A program made the translations under genes and the position numbers. A DNA stretch of 32,000 bases from assembly GCA_021650915.1 (NCBI GenBank), contig CP091279.1:3990001-4022000 (forward strand), read 5' to 3'. Source of the stretch: Candidatus Brocadia sp. (GTDB taxonomy: Bacteria; Planctomycetota; Brocadiia; Brocadiales; Brocadiaceae). The notes beneath the pieces were generated by a model. The model did no database searches and had not been told where the DNA came from. It saw nothing but the letters and a program-made list of their open reading frames with translations. This document shows positions 1-7,602 of the stretch, piece after piece (positions within the stretch are counted from its first letter, which is position 1; each line of letters opens with the position of its first letter).

Positions 1-255
1 CCCGCATTTTTGCGGGAGCGTTACCTGTAATTCATCTTATTATTGGGAAAGAACTATTTTAAACACGCAGAGCGATTCTACTTTAAATACGCTCTTCGTG
101 TCAAACAAATTGTTTTTTCTTGCCGTTTGGCAATCACACACACTTCGTCATTTTTCCTTTGATTCTCCATCACAAGAAATATACAATATCGCCTGATGTT
201 CATTTGTGATTTGAGCTTGTGCGCAATTTTCTTGCTAAAGGGGGATATAATTTAC

Positions 256-1416
256 ATGAGATTGAAAAGAGACGTCCATCCGGTTTTTCTTCCTGCGGTA
301 ATGCTTATCATTCTTATGCTCATGGGATCAGGCTGTGCCATGTTTAAGAAAAAAACACTTTTAGTTCCGCGAGAAGCAGGGGATACCCTCGTGGAGATTA
401 CCGACCCCACACAACTTCCTCAGTTTAGAGACGATTACAGCCGTGATTCCCTCTTGCAATCGATCGATCATAGCCTTGACTACTTTAAGAGAGTGAAGGC
501 GAATCCGTATGGTTTTCATATGGATGGTTTTTCACACGAAAATCTGGAAGATTCCCTAAAGTTCTTTCGGGAAGGTTTTTTACGCTGCAGAGACACTGCG
601 GAGATCAACGATTTCATCGTAAAAAACTTCAGGGTCTTTCAGGCCATAGGAAAGGCTTACGAGGGACAGGTGCATTTCACCGGTTATGGAACGCCCATCT
701 ACGATGGAAGCCTCACCCCAACCGGAGAATTTCGCTATCCCCTTTATAAAATCCCGCCAGACTTCAGGAAACCTTATTATACCCGGAGTGAGATCGAGGA
801 CCGCAATCTCTTAAAAGGACTTGAAATTGCCTATCTCAAATCCAAACTGGACGCCTACCTCATTCACGTTCAGGGATCGGGGCAAATACGGCTTGCGTCG
901 GGTGAAAAGGTCTATGTGGGGTACGGCGCTGATTCAGGCCACAAATATAGCAGTATTGGGCGTATGCTCGTTATGGACGGGAAGATTCCCGAAGAGGAAT
1001 TGACCCTTTCGACGCTCATTGCCTATTTTAACCAGCACCCGGGTGAACTCGATTCTTACCTCAGGAAAAACGACCGCTATATCTTTTTCAAGCGGGTCAA
1101 CTATGCAACCCCCTACGGCTCTATCGGCGTGCCGGTAACTCCTATGAGGAGTATCGCCACCGACAAAAAGGTCTTCCCGGCTGGTGGTTTGGCCTTTGCA
1201 GTTATCGAACCAAAGAAGGCAAAGAAGACCTGGAAGTTTTGGGAAAAAGGGACGAGCGGGACAGAAAAATCGTTCTTTGTTCTCGATCAGGATACGGGAA
1301 GCGCCATTCAGACCCCGGCCAGGGCAGATGTCTATTTCGGAATCGGAGACCAGGCAATGTATGAGGCCGGGAGCTTAAATACCTACGGACGACTCTATTA
1401 TTTCCTGAAACGGTAG
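256..1416 (+). CDS. mltA: Membrane-bound lytic murein transglycosylase A (MltA domain plus C-terminal 3D domain), exported or lipoprotein-like
   Basis: The ORF track gives 196..1416. I prefer the internal ATG at 256 (MRLKRDV...), which is followed by a hydrophobic signal ending in LMGSGC. MltA-type motifs are LIHVQGSGQIRL and GYGADSGHKYSSIGRML. The 3D-domain end is LDQDTGSAIQTPARADVYFGIGDQA. Confidence 0.8.
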   Translation: MRLKRDVHPVFLPAVMLIILMLMGSGCAMFKKKTLLVPREAGDTLVEITDPTQLPQFRDDYSRDSLLQSIDHSLDYFKRVKANPYGFHMDGFSHENLEDSLKFFREGFLRCRDTAEINDFIVKNFRVFQAIGKAYEGQVHFTGYGTPIYDGSLTPTGEFRYPLYKIPPDFRKPYYTRSEIEDRNLLKGLEIAYLKSKLDAYLIHVQGSGQIRLASGEKVYVGYGADSGHKYSSIGRMLVMDGKIPEEELTLSTLIAYFNQHPGELDSYLRKNDRYIFFKRVNYATPYGSIGVPVTPMRSIATDKKVFPAGGLAFAVIEPKKAKKTWKFWEKGTSGTEKSFFVLDQDTGSAIQTPARADVYFGIGDQAMYEAGSLNTYGRLYYFLKR

Positions 1417-1481
1417 TTCGCCATGGCTCACTTTAACCGATTTCAGGAAAGGAGATCAGGGCAAAATATTACAATTTTCTC

Positions 1482-1510
1482 TTGACATTGGCCCGTATTA
1501 GATATATCTT
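1482..1510 (+). promoter_or_regulatory. Possible sigma70-type promoter (TTGACA at 1482-1487, AT-rich -10 candidates TATATC/TATCTT about 15-17 nt downstream)
   Basis: There is an exact TTGACA hexamer, but the -10 element is ambiguous. It lies about 25-45 nt upstream of the structured leader described next. Confidence 0.3.
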
Positions 1511-1527
1511 CATATACTCAATAATTT

Positions 1528-1672
1528 CGACAAAGGTAAACTCTGAGTGATCAGGGGGCGCAAAGTAAAGGGTCTTTCTCCACAGTTGAGATAGAGTGCA
1601 TCTCTTATAAAATAAAAAGATAGCCTTACTGCCGAAGCATTGTAATATTTAGCAGTAAGGCTATCTTTTTAG
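1528..1672 (+). promoter_or_regulatory. Candidate c-di-GMP-I (GEMM-I) riboswitch aptamer with overlapping intrinsic terminator, in the leader of the first OmcB-like gene
   Basis: On the + strand the order is ACAAAGGUAAAC (1531-1541), stem CUCUGA/UCAGGG capped by the GNRA loop GUGA (1541-1556), GG-CGCAAAG (1557-1565), then GAUAGCCUUACUGCCGAAG (1619-1637). This follows my recollection of the GEMM-I pattern AAAGGCAAAC-stem-GNRA-stem-GGACGCAAAGC ... AGC.GGG.UGCCGAA. GGUAA (1535-1539) can pair with UUACU (1626-1630). The 3' conserved block lies inside the 5' arm of the terminator hairpin. I could not fold the second (receptor) helix convincingly by eye. Confidence 0.4.
1614..1670. terminator. Perfect 19-bp hairpin (AAAAAGATAGCCTTACTGC / GCAGTAAGGCTATCTTTTT) flanked by an A-run and a T-run; intrinsic terminator
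   Basis: The arms 1614-1632 and 1652-1670 are exact reverse complements, and the 3' arm ends in TTTTT. It could terminate mltA, act as the riboswitch expression platform, or both. Confidence 0.7.
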
Positions 1673-1837
1673 TAATAACCGTAAAGGGATTGTTTGTCTT
1701 TAGCATGATTTTATTAAATACTCATACATAAAAGGGAGTATATAAGCCGCCTAAACGGCAAAGGAGTTGGCTCATGTTACAGGAAGCAAGAGGGCTCCTT
1801 TTAAAGATCATGTGTCTTTTTTAGAAAGGAGGAGTAA

Positions 1838-3469
1838 ATGAGGTTAAGGAATAGTATGTACAAATTGTTGTGTATTTCTGGCTTGATGTCGTTTGCACTT
1901 TACGGGTGCGGAATGTTCAAATATGAAGCTGGTGTCGAGCATGATAAGCCACCGTACTATCATGGACACGTTGAAGATGAACCACCGGCAAGGCACCTTC
2001 GGTCGCATGTACATGAAGCACCAGCTCCTGCACCAGCGCCAGCGCCTCAATCGGATGTCTGCACGGCAGATGGGGCATACCCGACGAATAGCAAGGATTG
2101 CTGCAGTGTTATTTATCTGCAAAAAATGGGCCCCTGCAGCGGTAGCGTGGGTCAGGAATATTGCTACGTAATAAAAGCCACGAACCTTACCAAAAGAAAG
2201 GTGAAAAACGTAGAAGTTATTCAGACCCTTCCCAAGAATTTTGAGGTGAGAAATTCCACCCCTGAATTGGGCACCGGAAGCGCGGGCGGTGTGGCGAAAT
2301 GGTTCTTGGGTGAGCTTGGCCCTGAAGAAACGAGAGAAATTAAGGTTTGCGGTATTCCGACACAAAGCGGAAACATGCCTTTCTGCACGGATGTTACGTA
2401 TAGTTTACCAGAGGTTTGCCTTGACCCGGTCATTACCGAGCCGAGGATAACCATCGCAAAGAGCGCTCCAGCCGAGGTTACCCTTTGTGATGTGATTCCG
2501 ATCACCTTTACCGTCACCAATACCGGCACGGGCGTAGCGAACAATATTAAAGTTAAGGAGACCTTGCCCGCAGGACTGGAGACGCAGGATGGCAGAACTG
2601 ATGTGGTCTTAGATGTTGGTTCATTAAATCCAGGCGAGTCGAGAGACGTTGCGTTGACGGCAAAAGCAACAAAAACCGGCACATTTAATAATACTGCGAC
2701 GGCGGTTGCCGATGGCGGTTTGAGTGCAGAATCCAATACAACCACGACTGCAGTAAGACAACCAGTGCTTGCTATCACAAAAGTAGGCAGCAGCGATAAA
2801 GTGTATCTGGGACGCAATATTTCATATGAAATTGTGGTAACCAACAATGGCGACTGCCCGGCGACATCAACCGTTGTTGAAGATAGCGTACCTGATAATG
2901 CCTCCGTGGTAAACGCCAGCGAAGGAGCAACCTTATTGGGTAGCACAGTTACCTGGAATGCAGGAACCATACAGCCGCAGGGATCACAGAAATTTACTCT
3001 GACGTTGAACCCCAAAGGCATTGGTACCGTGAAAAACACGGTGGCAGCGCGGGCTACCTGCGCAGAAGCCGTTTCAGCAGCAACTTCAACCGAAGTCGTA
3101 GGTATTGCTGCAATCCTGCTTGAGGTAATCGATATCGATGATCCTATTGAGGTTGGAAACGATGAAGTCTACGAAATCGTTGTAACCAACCAGGGTTCAG
3201 AAACGGGGACCAATATCAAAGTAACCTGCATACTTGAGGATGAAATGCAGTATGTAACTTCTGAAGGACCAACAACGGGAAGTGTTTCTGCTGACGGCAT
3301 GACGGTAACCTTCGACCCATTGCCAACCCTTGCTTCAAAGGCAAAAGCGATTTGGAAGGTCAAGGTGAAGGCGATGAAAGAGGGTGATGTCCGATTCAAG
3401 GTTATTATGACCGAGGATTGCCTGGGCAGACCAGTAGAAGAGACCGAAGCTACACATTTCTATGATTAA
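1838..3469 (+). CDS. Lipoprotein with four tandem DUF11 (conserved repeat domain) modules; OmcB-like (chlamydial 60-kDa cysteine-rich OMP-like)
   Basis: A strong RBS (AAAGGAGGAG) sits 5 nt before the ATG. The signal peptide ends in a lipobox-like ALYGC. A His/Pro-rich region with a (PA)5 linker follows. Repeated VTNxG..xxNxxV...LP modules are present. The C-terminal block DPIEVGNDEVYEIVVTNQGSETGTNIKV...GPT.G...VTFDPLPTLASKA...GDVRFKV...PVEETEATHFYD matches my memory of the OmcB C-terminus ([26 protein letters not shown]...GPTKG...VVFDSLPRLGSKE...GDARGEA...PVSDTENTHIY). Confidence 0.8.
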   Translation: MRLRNSMYKLLCISGLMSFALYGCGMFKYEAGVEHDKPPYYHGHVEDEPPARHLRSHVHEAPAPAPAPAPQSDVCTADGAYPTNSKDCCSVIYLQKMGPCSGSVGQEYCYVIKATNLTKRKVKNVEVIQTLPKNFEVRNSTPELGTGSAGGVAKWFLGELGPEETREIKVCGIPTQSGNMPFCTDVTYSLPEVCLDPVITEPRITIAKSAPAEVTLCDVIPITFTVTNTGTGVANNIKVKETLPAGLETQDGRTDVVLDVGSLNPGESRDVALTAKATKTGTFNNTATAVADGGLSAESNTTTTAVRQPVLAITKVGSSDKVYLGRNISYEIVVTNNGDCPATSTVVEDSVPDNASVVNASEGATLLGSTVTWNAGTIQPQGSQKFTLTLNPKGIGTVKNTVAARATCAEAVSAATSTEVVGIAAILLEVIDIDDPIEVGNDEVYEIVVTNQGSETGTNIKVTCILEDEMQYVTSEGPTTGSVSADGMTVTFDPLPTLASKAKAIWKVKVKAMKEGDVRFKVIMTEDCLGRPVEETEATHFYD

Positions 3470-3576
3470 GCTTCTCTTTTACTTCAGTGTCTGACACAAG
3501 CAGTCGGAGATGAAGTGATGTGAAGGAGACAGGAAGTTTTAGAATCTCCTTGAAGTGTAGTTGATTTTAGTATACA

Positions 3577-3622
3577 AAAGAAGGCCGGGACGCGTTCACC
3601 GACGCACCGGCCTTCTTTGTTT
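3577..3622 (+). terminator. Intrinsic terminator-like hairpin after the first OmcB-like gene
   Basis: AAAGAAGGCCGG (3577-3588) pairs with CCGGCCTTCTTT (3607-3618). There is an inner GCGT/ACGC pairing, and the hairpin is followed by GTTTC. Confidence 0.6.
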
Positions 3623-3792
3623 CATGGTAACAGTATCGTTTTTGTGTACTTGTGCAGTATGTTATAAAGGGTATACCTCGCACCCTTAGAATGACCTCAG
3701 AGTACGACAACCTGTAATATCTCGTGTTTGCAAACATCAAGTGCATATCTTTGTATTAACCAGATTCAACCTTTTTTGAAAGGGGTTATTGC

Positions 3793-5385
3793 ATGTATTG
3801 CCAAAAGAGACGAAATCCTTTGATGCTTATATGCATGGCTGTAATATTTGGTATCTATGGCTGCAGTTACCAGCAAAACGATTTTTCGAACGAGAAACCG
3901 CCATATGCACACGGACATCTTGAAAAAGACCCAGGCCCAAGGCACGAACGTTTGCACAAGGGTGAGAACAAAGCCACGTACGATAACCAGGAAGACAACA
4001 GGGCCTTTTCCGCCATAAACAAGAAGTCCGGTGTTATCTTTATCGAAAAAAGTGCGCCTCCGGAGATTCAGGTCAACAGACCATTTGACTATCTTATCAA
4101 GATTACGAACCTTACCGATGAAAGGGTGCATGACGTTGAGGTAACCGAAACATTTTCCCCAAAATACAAAATAAAAAACACTATCCCCAAATCACGGAAA
4201 GGCCCGGGGGAAGGAACCGTAACGTGGTCAATAGGAGACCTGGGACCGAATGAAATGAAAGAAATTCGGGTAACTGGTGTCTCATTAGAAACCGGAGACA
4301 TGCCGTTTTGTACCGATGTTACTTATAACTTGCCGCCACTCTGCCTTATTGCAACCGCCGTGGAGCCGAAGTTGACAATTACCAAACGTGCGCCCGCGGA
4401 GGTTTTATTATGTGATTCGATACCAGTAACTCTTGTGGTCAGTAATACTGGTACCGGCATCGCCAGGAATATCCAGGTGAGGGACACCCTGCCACAAGGA
4501 TTAAAAACGATCGATGGCAAGAGCAATATTGTTCAGGGAATTGATCTGTTACGGGCAGGAGAATCACGCGAGATTACCTTTACGGCTCAGGCAGACAGCC
4601 CGGGAAAGTTTGAGAATTCGGCAACGGTGGTTGCGGACGGTGGTCTGCAAGCCGAATCCAGTATGATTACCACCGTGGTAAAACAACCAGTACTGACCAT
4701 TGCCAAAAAGGGACCAGAGAGGATTTATACCGGACGCGACATTACTTACACAATCGGCGTAAGCAATAAGGGTGACGGTCCGGCAGCATCATCGGTTATT
4801 GAGGACACCATACCCGGGAACGCTACTTTTGTGAAGGCAGGCCAGGGCGGTATATTATCCGGAAACACGGTTACCTGGAATTTAGGGACTTTGCTGCCTC
4901 GCGACTCAAGAAAAGTCAGCGTGACTTTACAGGGAAGAGGTCTTGGCAAAATAACAAATACCGCAACCATTAAGGGTGAATGCGCCAGCCAGGCATCAGC
5001 AACCGCTGTTACCGACGTAATCGGGATAGCTGCTATTTTACTGGAAGTAATTGACCTGGCGGACCCCATAGAGGTTGGAAGCAATGAGACCTACGAGATT
5101 ACCGTGACCAACCAGGGCTCTGATTACAGCACCAATATCAGGATCGCCTGTACCCTTGAAGATACGATGCAGTATATATCCTCCGATGGGCCAACCAAGG
5201 GAACATGCGTTGGCAAGACCGTGACTTTTGATTCTTTAATAAGCCTTGCACCAAAGGCAGCAACAACCTGGAAGGTCGTTGTGAAGGCATTACGTCCCGG
5301 AGACGTTCGCTTCAAGGTCGAAATGATCGAGGACTGTCTGAGGAGGCCAGTAGAAGAGACGGAGGCAACCAATTTTTATGAATAA
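3793..5385 (+). CDS. Paralogous OmcB-like DUF11-repeat lipoprotein
   Basis: It is colinear with 1838..3469 along its whole length. It shares KPPY.HGH, MPFCTDVTY.LP, GIAAILLEVID..DPIEVG, VTNQGS, GDVRFKV and PVEETEATNFYE. Its lipobox-like sequence is GIYGC. Confidence 0.8.
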   Translation: MYCQKRRNPLMLICMAVIFGIYGCSYQQNDFSNEKPPYAHGHLEKDPGPRHERLHKGENKATYDNQEDNRAFSAINKKSGVIFIEKSAPPEIQVNRPFDYLIKITNLTDERVHDVEVTETFSPKYKIKNTIPKSRKGPGEGTVTWSIGDLGPNEMKEIRVTGVSLETGDMPFCTDVTYNLPPLCLIATAVEPKLTITKRAPAEVLLCDSIPVTLVVSNTGTGIARNIQVRDTLPQGLKTIDGKSNIVQGIDLLRAGESREITFTAQADSPGKFENSATVVADGGLQAESSMITTVVKQPVLTIAKKGPERIYTGRDITYTIGVSNKGDGPAASSVIEDTIPGNATFVKAGQGGILSGNTVTWNLGTLLPRDSRKVSVTLQGRGLGKITNTATIKGECASQASATAVTDVIGIAAILLEVIDLADPIEVGSNETYEITVTNQGSDYSTNIRIACTLEDTMQYISSDGPTKGTCVGKTVTFDSLISLAPKAATTWKVVVKALRPGDVRFKVEMIEDCLRRPVEETEATNFYE

Positions 5386-5480
5386 ATTCTGACTGTTGGA
5401 GGGAAACCGGGAGATAAAACCAACGAAAACCATTACCCCGCCTCATCTGTATAATGAGGGGATATGCGGTAGATTATAAC

Positions 5481-5510
5481 TTGACACAAAATACTCTCAT
5501 TAGCTATAAT
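5481..5510 (+). promoter_or_regulatory. Near-consensus sigma70 promoter (TTGACA-N18-TATAAT)
   Basis: TTGACA lies at 5481-5486 and TATAAT at 5505-5510. This would give a leader of about 165 nt before the hemerythrin-domain gene. Confidence 0.5.
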
Positions 5511-5682
5511 TATGTTTTGATGTATCGGAATTTCAAAGTTCCCGCTACTATCTTACCCGCCCCAAACCCGGTCTCAGGAGGGAATGCAGGGGTGGATTTA
5601 ATTGTGATGTAAAAATTTGCTGCAGACCTAACTCCAGAATAATTTTCATTAATGAATACCGTAAAACTATCGTATAAGGAGG

Positions 5683-6486
5683 GTGTTTTTGGAGAATGTA
5701 TTAAATAAGGAAATAAAAAAGATCATTGACGACTGTCCTGAAGTAGGCCGTATTCTTGAGGAATATGGCATTGGCTGTGTCCCCTGTTCCGTGGGCAGCT
5801 GCCTTTTGAAGGATGTTGTGGGAATCCACAATCTTGATCCGGAACGGGAAGCCACCTTGATGTACCGGATAGAAAAGGCTATTTATCCTGATAGAAATGT
5901 TTCAAAGCCGGTGATAGATGCATCAAAAAAATCTGCGCCGAAGAAGATCACGTATTCACCACCGGTCAAAAAGCTGGTTGATGAGCATGTTCTGATCAAA
6001 CGGCTCCTGGCTTTAGTCCCTACCATTGTTGATTACATTGAAAGCAGCATGAAGGTGGATAAGGATCTGGTTTTAAAATGCGTTGATTTTATTCGGACCT
6101 ATGCAGACAAATATCATCACATGAAGGAAGAGGATATTTTGTTTAAGTATGTAGACGATAAGGCAGAGGTTATTCAGGTCATGTATAAGGACCATGACAC
6201 AGGAAGGGGTTACATCAGACAGGTTGTTGAGGGCGCTGAAACGGGGAATAAGGCGCAAATTAAGCAAAATCTGCTTGCCTATCGGGAATTGCTCACCCAG
6301 CATATTAAAAAAGAGGATGAAATTCTTTACCCGTGGATTGATCGCCAGCTATCAACAACTCAGGTCGGCGAGATGTTTCGCAAGTGTAATGAAGCGGACG
6401 CTTCGGTAGGCGAAGAGCTACCAAAAAAGTATGAGCGGTTTATTACTGATTTAGAAGGAAAATTTTTACAGGAGGTTGTGAAATGA
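5683..6486 (+). CDS. DUF1858 (redox-disulfide, hybrid-cluster-protein-associated type) plus hemerythrin-like HHE di-iron domain protein; RIC/YtfE-like architecture
   Basis: The N-terminus (IIDDCPEVGRILEEYGIGCVPCSVGSCLLKDV) is of the DUF1858 type. The C-terminal half has hemerythrin-like ligand spacing (DEHVLIKRLL, YADKYHHMKEEDILF, LLTQHIKKEDEILYPWI). The start is uncertain: GTG at 5683, or TTG at 5689, which is better spaced from AAGGAGG. Confidence 0.65.
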   Translation: MFLENVLNKEIKKIIDDCPEVGRILEEYGIGCVPCSVGSCLLKDVVGIHNLDPEREATLMYRIEKAIYPDRNVSKPVIDASKKSAPKKITYSPPVKKLVDEHVLIKRLLALVPTIVDYIESSMKVDKDLVLKCVDFIRTYADKYHHMKEEDILFKYVDDKAEVIQVMYKDHDTGRGYIRQVVEGAETGNKAQIKQNLLAYRELLTQHIKKEDEILYPWIDRQLSTTQVGEMFRKCNEADASVGEELPKKYERFITDLEGKFLQEVVK

Positions 6487-6944
6487 GTGGATGTCCAGGA
6501 TCAAGAACCATGGATTTTAGCGACAAAACGGCCCAGGAGGGAAGCGAAACGGGAAAGCGCCCTTCTCAACTGAGGCAGTGGCCTATACAGATGCATTTGG
6601 TTTCCCCACTAGCACCCTATTTTCAGGGCAAGGATATTCTGCTGGCGGCAGACTGTACGGCTTTTGCCTTTGGAGAGTTCCATAAGGATTATCTCAAAGG
6701 AAAGAGCATCGCAATTGCCTGTCCAAAGCTCGATTCTGATCAGGAAGTTTATACTGAAAAGATCAAGGCATTGATTGACGATGCAAAGATTAATACCTTA
6801 ACCGTCATGATCATGCAGGTGCCCTGTTGTTTTGGATTGGCGCAGATTGCTAAGGAAGGCGCAGAAAAGGCCACCCGCAAGATCCCGATTAAACAGGTCG
6901 TTGTCGGGCTGGAAGGAAACATCTTATCCGAAGAGTGGATTTAG
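6483..6944 (+). CDS. Cys-containing conserved protein (LRQWPIQ.HLV / AADC / ACPKLD / VPCC motifs); resembles the C-terminal module of proteins usually fused to a 2x[4Fe-4S] ferredoxin domain
   Basis: Its start overlaps the upstream stop by 4 nt (ATGA), indicating translational coupling. The motif set is recognised from memory only, and I cannot name a Pfam family with certainty. Confidence 0.5.
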   Translation: MSGCPGSRTMDFSDKTAQEGSETGKRPSQLRQWPIQMHLVSPLAPYFQGKDILLAADCTAFAFGEFHKDYLKGKSIAIACPKLDSDQEVYTEKIKALIDDAKINTLTVMIMQVPCCFGLAQIAKEGAEKATRKIPIKQVVVGLEGNILSEEWI

Positions 6945-6965
6945 CGCCTGGCGCACACCGGTGAT

Positions 6966-7010
6966 AGAAAAAAATCCCTGGGGGGTTTTAAACTCCCCAG
7001 GGATTTTTTA
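6966..7010. terminator. Bidirectional intrinsic terminator between convergent operons
   Basis: The structure is AAAAAAA-ATCCCTGGGG-loop-CCCCAGGGAT-TTTTT. The GC-rich 10-bp stem has an A-run on one side and a T-run on the other. Confidence 0.8.
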
Positions 7011-7053
7011 TGGAAACCTGTTTTTTTAAAGCTGCAGATTTTTCTTTCTTGAA

Positions 7054-7602
7054 TTACATTCCTCTGAACAGATATCGTTGCGCCCGTGAGCTTTCTCCGC
7101 GTTGTATGTCTACTATCATTTCTGTGCCCGTGTCCTGGAATTGATACACGAGTTTCCCACCCCGTTCATCTGAGTGAGCAGAAAACAAGACCCTGCCGGA
7201 AACCGGGTTACCATCCAGGCTGGCTGCAACAATCTTTAAAGGCAGACAACACGCCGCCTGAAAGACCAGGGTATTGTCAAATGCCAGAAGATGTGAGTAG
7301 TGCGGTTTTCTGACACCTTTTTGTCTTACGGTGTTATCTGCCTTTCGCGAAAGAAGGACATGCGTATTATCAGGACGCATCTCAACCATATATTTTTCGC
7401 AGGCATCGATCATATTCTCCAAAGAAAGATTAATCCATAATCCCGCAAGCCTCAGCATTGTTTTTGCATCCTCCAAATCCTGTATAATACTATCAGGTGA
7501 AGCAACCGATCTTGTCCTCTCTCTGGAACTGAATGCCCTTGGAGCATGAAGGTCAACAAGCGGTAGCATTTCATAGTCTCTGTGCATCGTACTGATTGGC
7601 AT
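7054..7602 (-). CDS. Hypothetical protein (182 aa), downstream partner of the 837-aa orphan
   Basis: Its ATG overlaps the TGA of the upstream gene (TGATG on the minus strand at 7604-7600). It has no signal peptide, TM segment or motif that I recognise. Confidence 0.5.
   Translation of the reverse strand: MPISTMHRDYEMLPLVDLHAPRAFSSRERTRSVASPDSIIQDLEDAKTMLRLAGLWINLSLENMIDACEKYMVEMRPDNTHVLLSRKADNTVRQKGVRKPHYSHLLAFDNTLVFQAACCLPLKIVAASLDGNPVSGRVLFSAHSDERGGKLVYQFQDTGTEMIVDIQRGESSRAQRYLFRGM

Noticed and set aside
1-16. A CCCGCA-TTTTT-GCGGG hairpin at the window edge as a terminator.
   Set aside because: The stem is only 5 bp, it has no clear T-tail in either orientation, and the context is truncated by the window boundary.
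2013-2050. A short tandem GCNCCN repeat encoding APAPAPAPAP.
   Set aside because: It is an in-frame Pro-Ala linker within the first OmcB-like protein, not an independent repeat element or phase-variation tract (the units are imperfect at the DNA level).
2221-3039. Long antisense ORFs inside the OmcB-like genes (272 aa at 2221..3039; also 1844..2365, 4746..5084 and 5124..5372).
   Set aside because: They lie fully within, and opposite to, strongly supported coding regions. They have low-complexity S/T/V/P composition typical of shadow ORFs and no RBS or motif.
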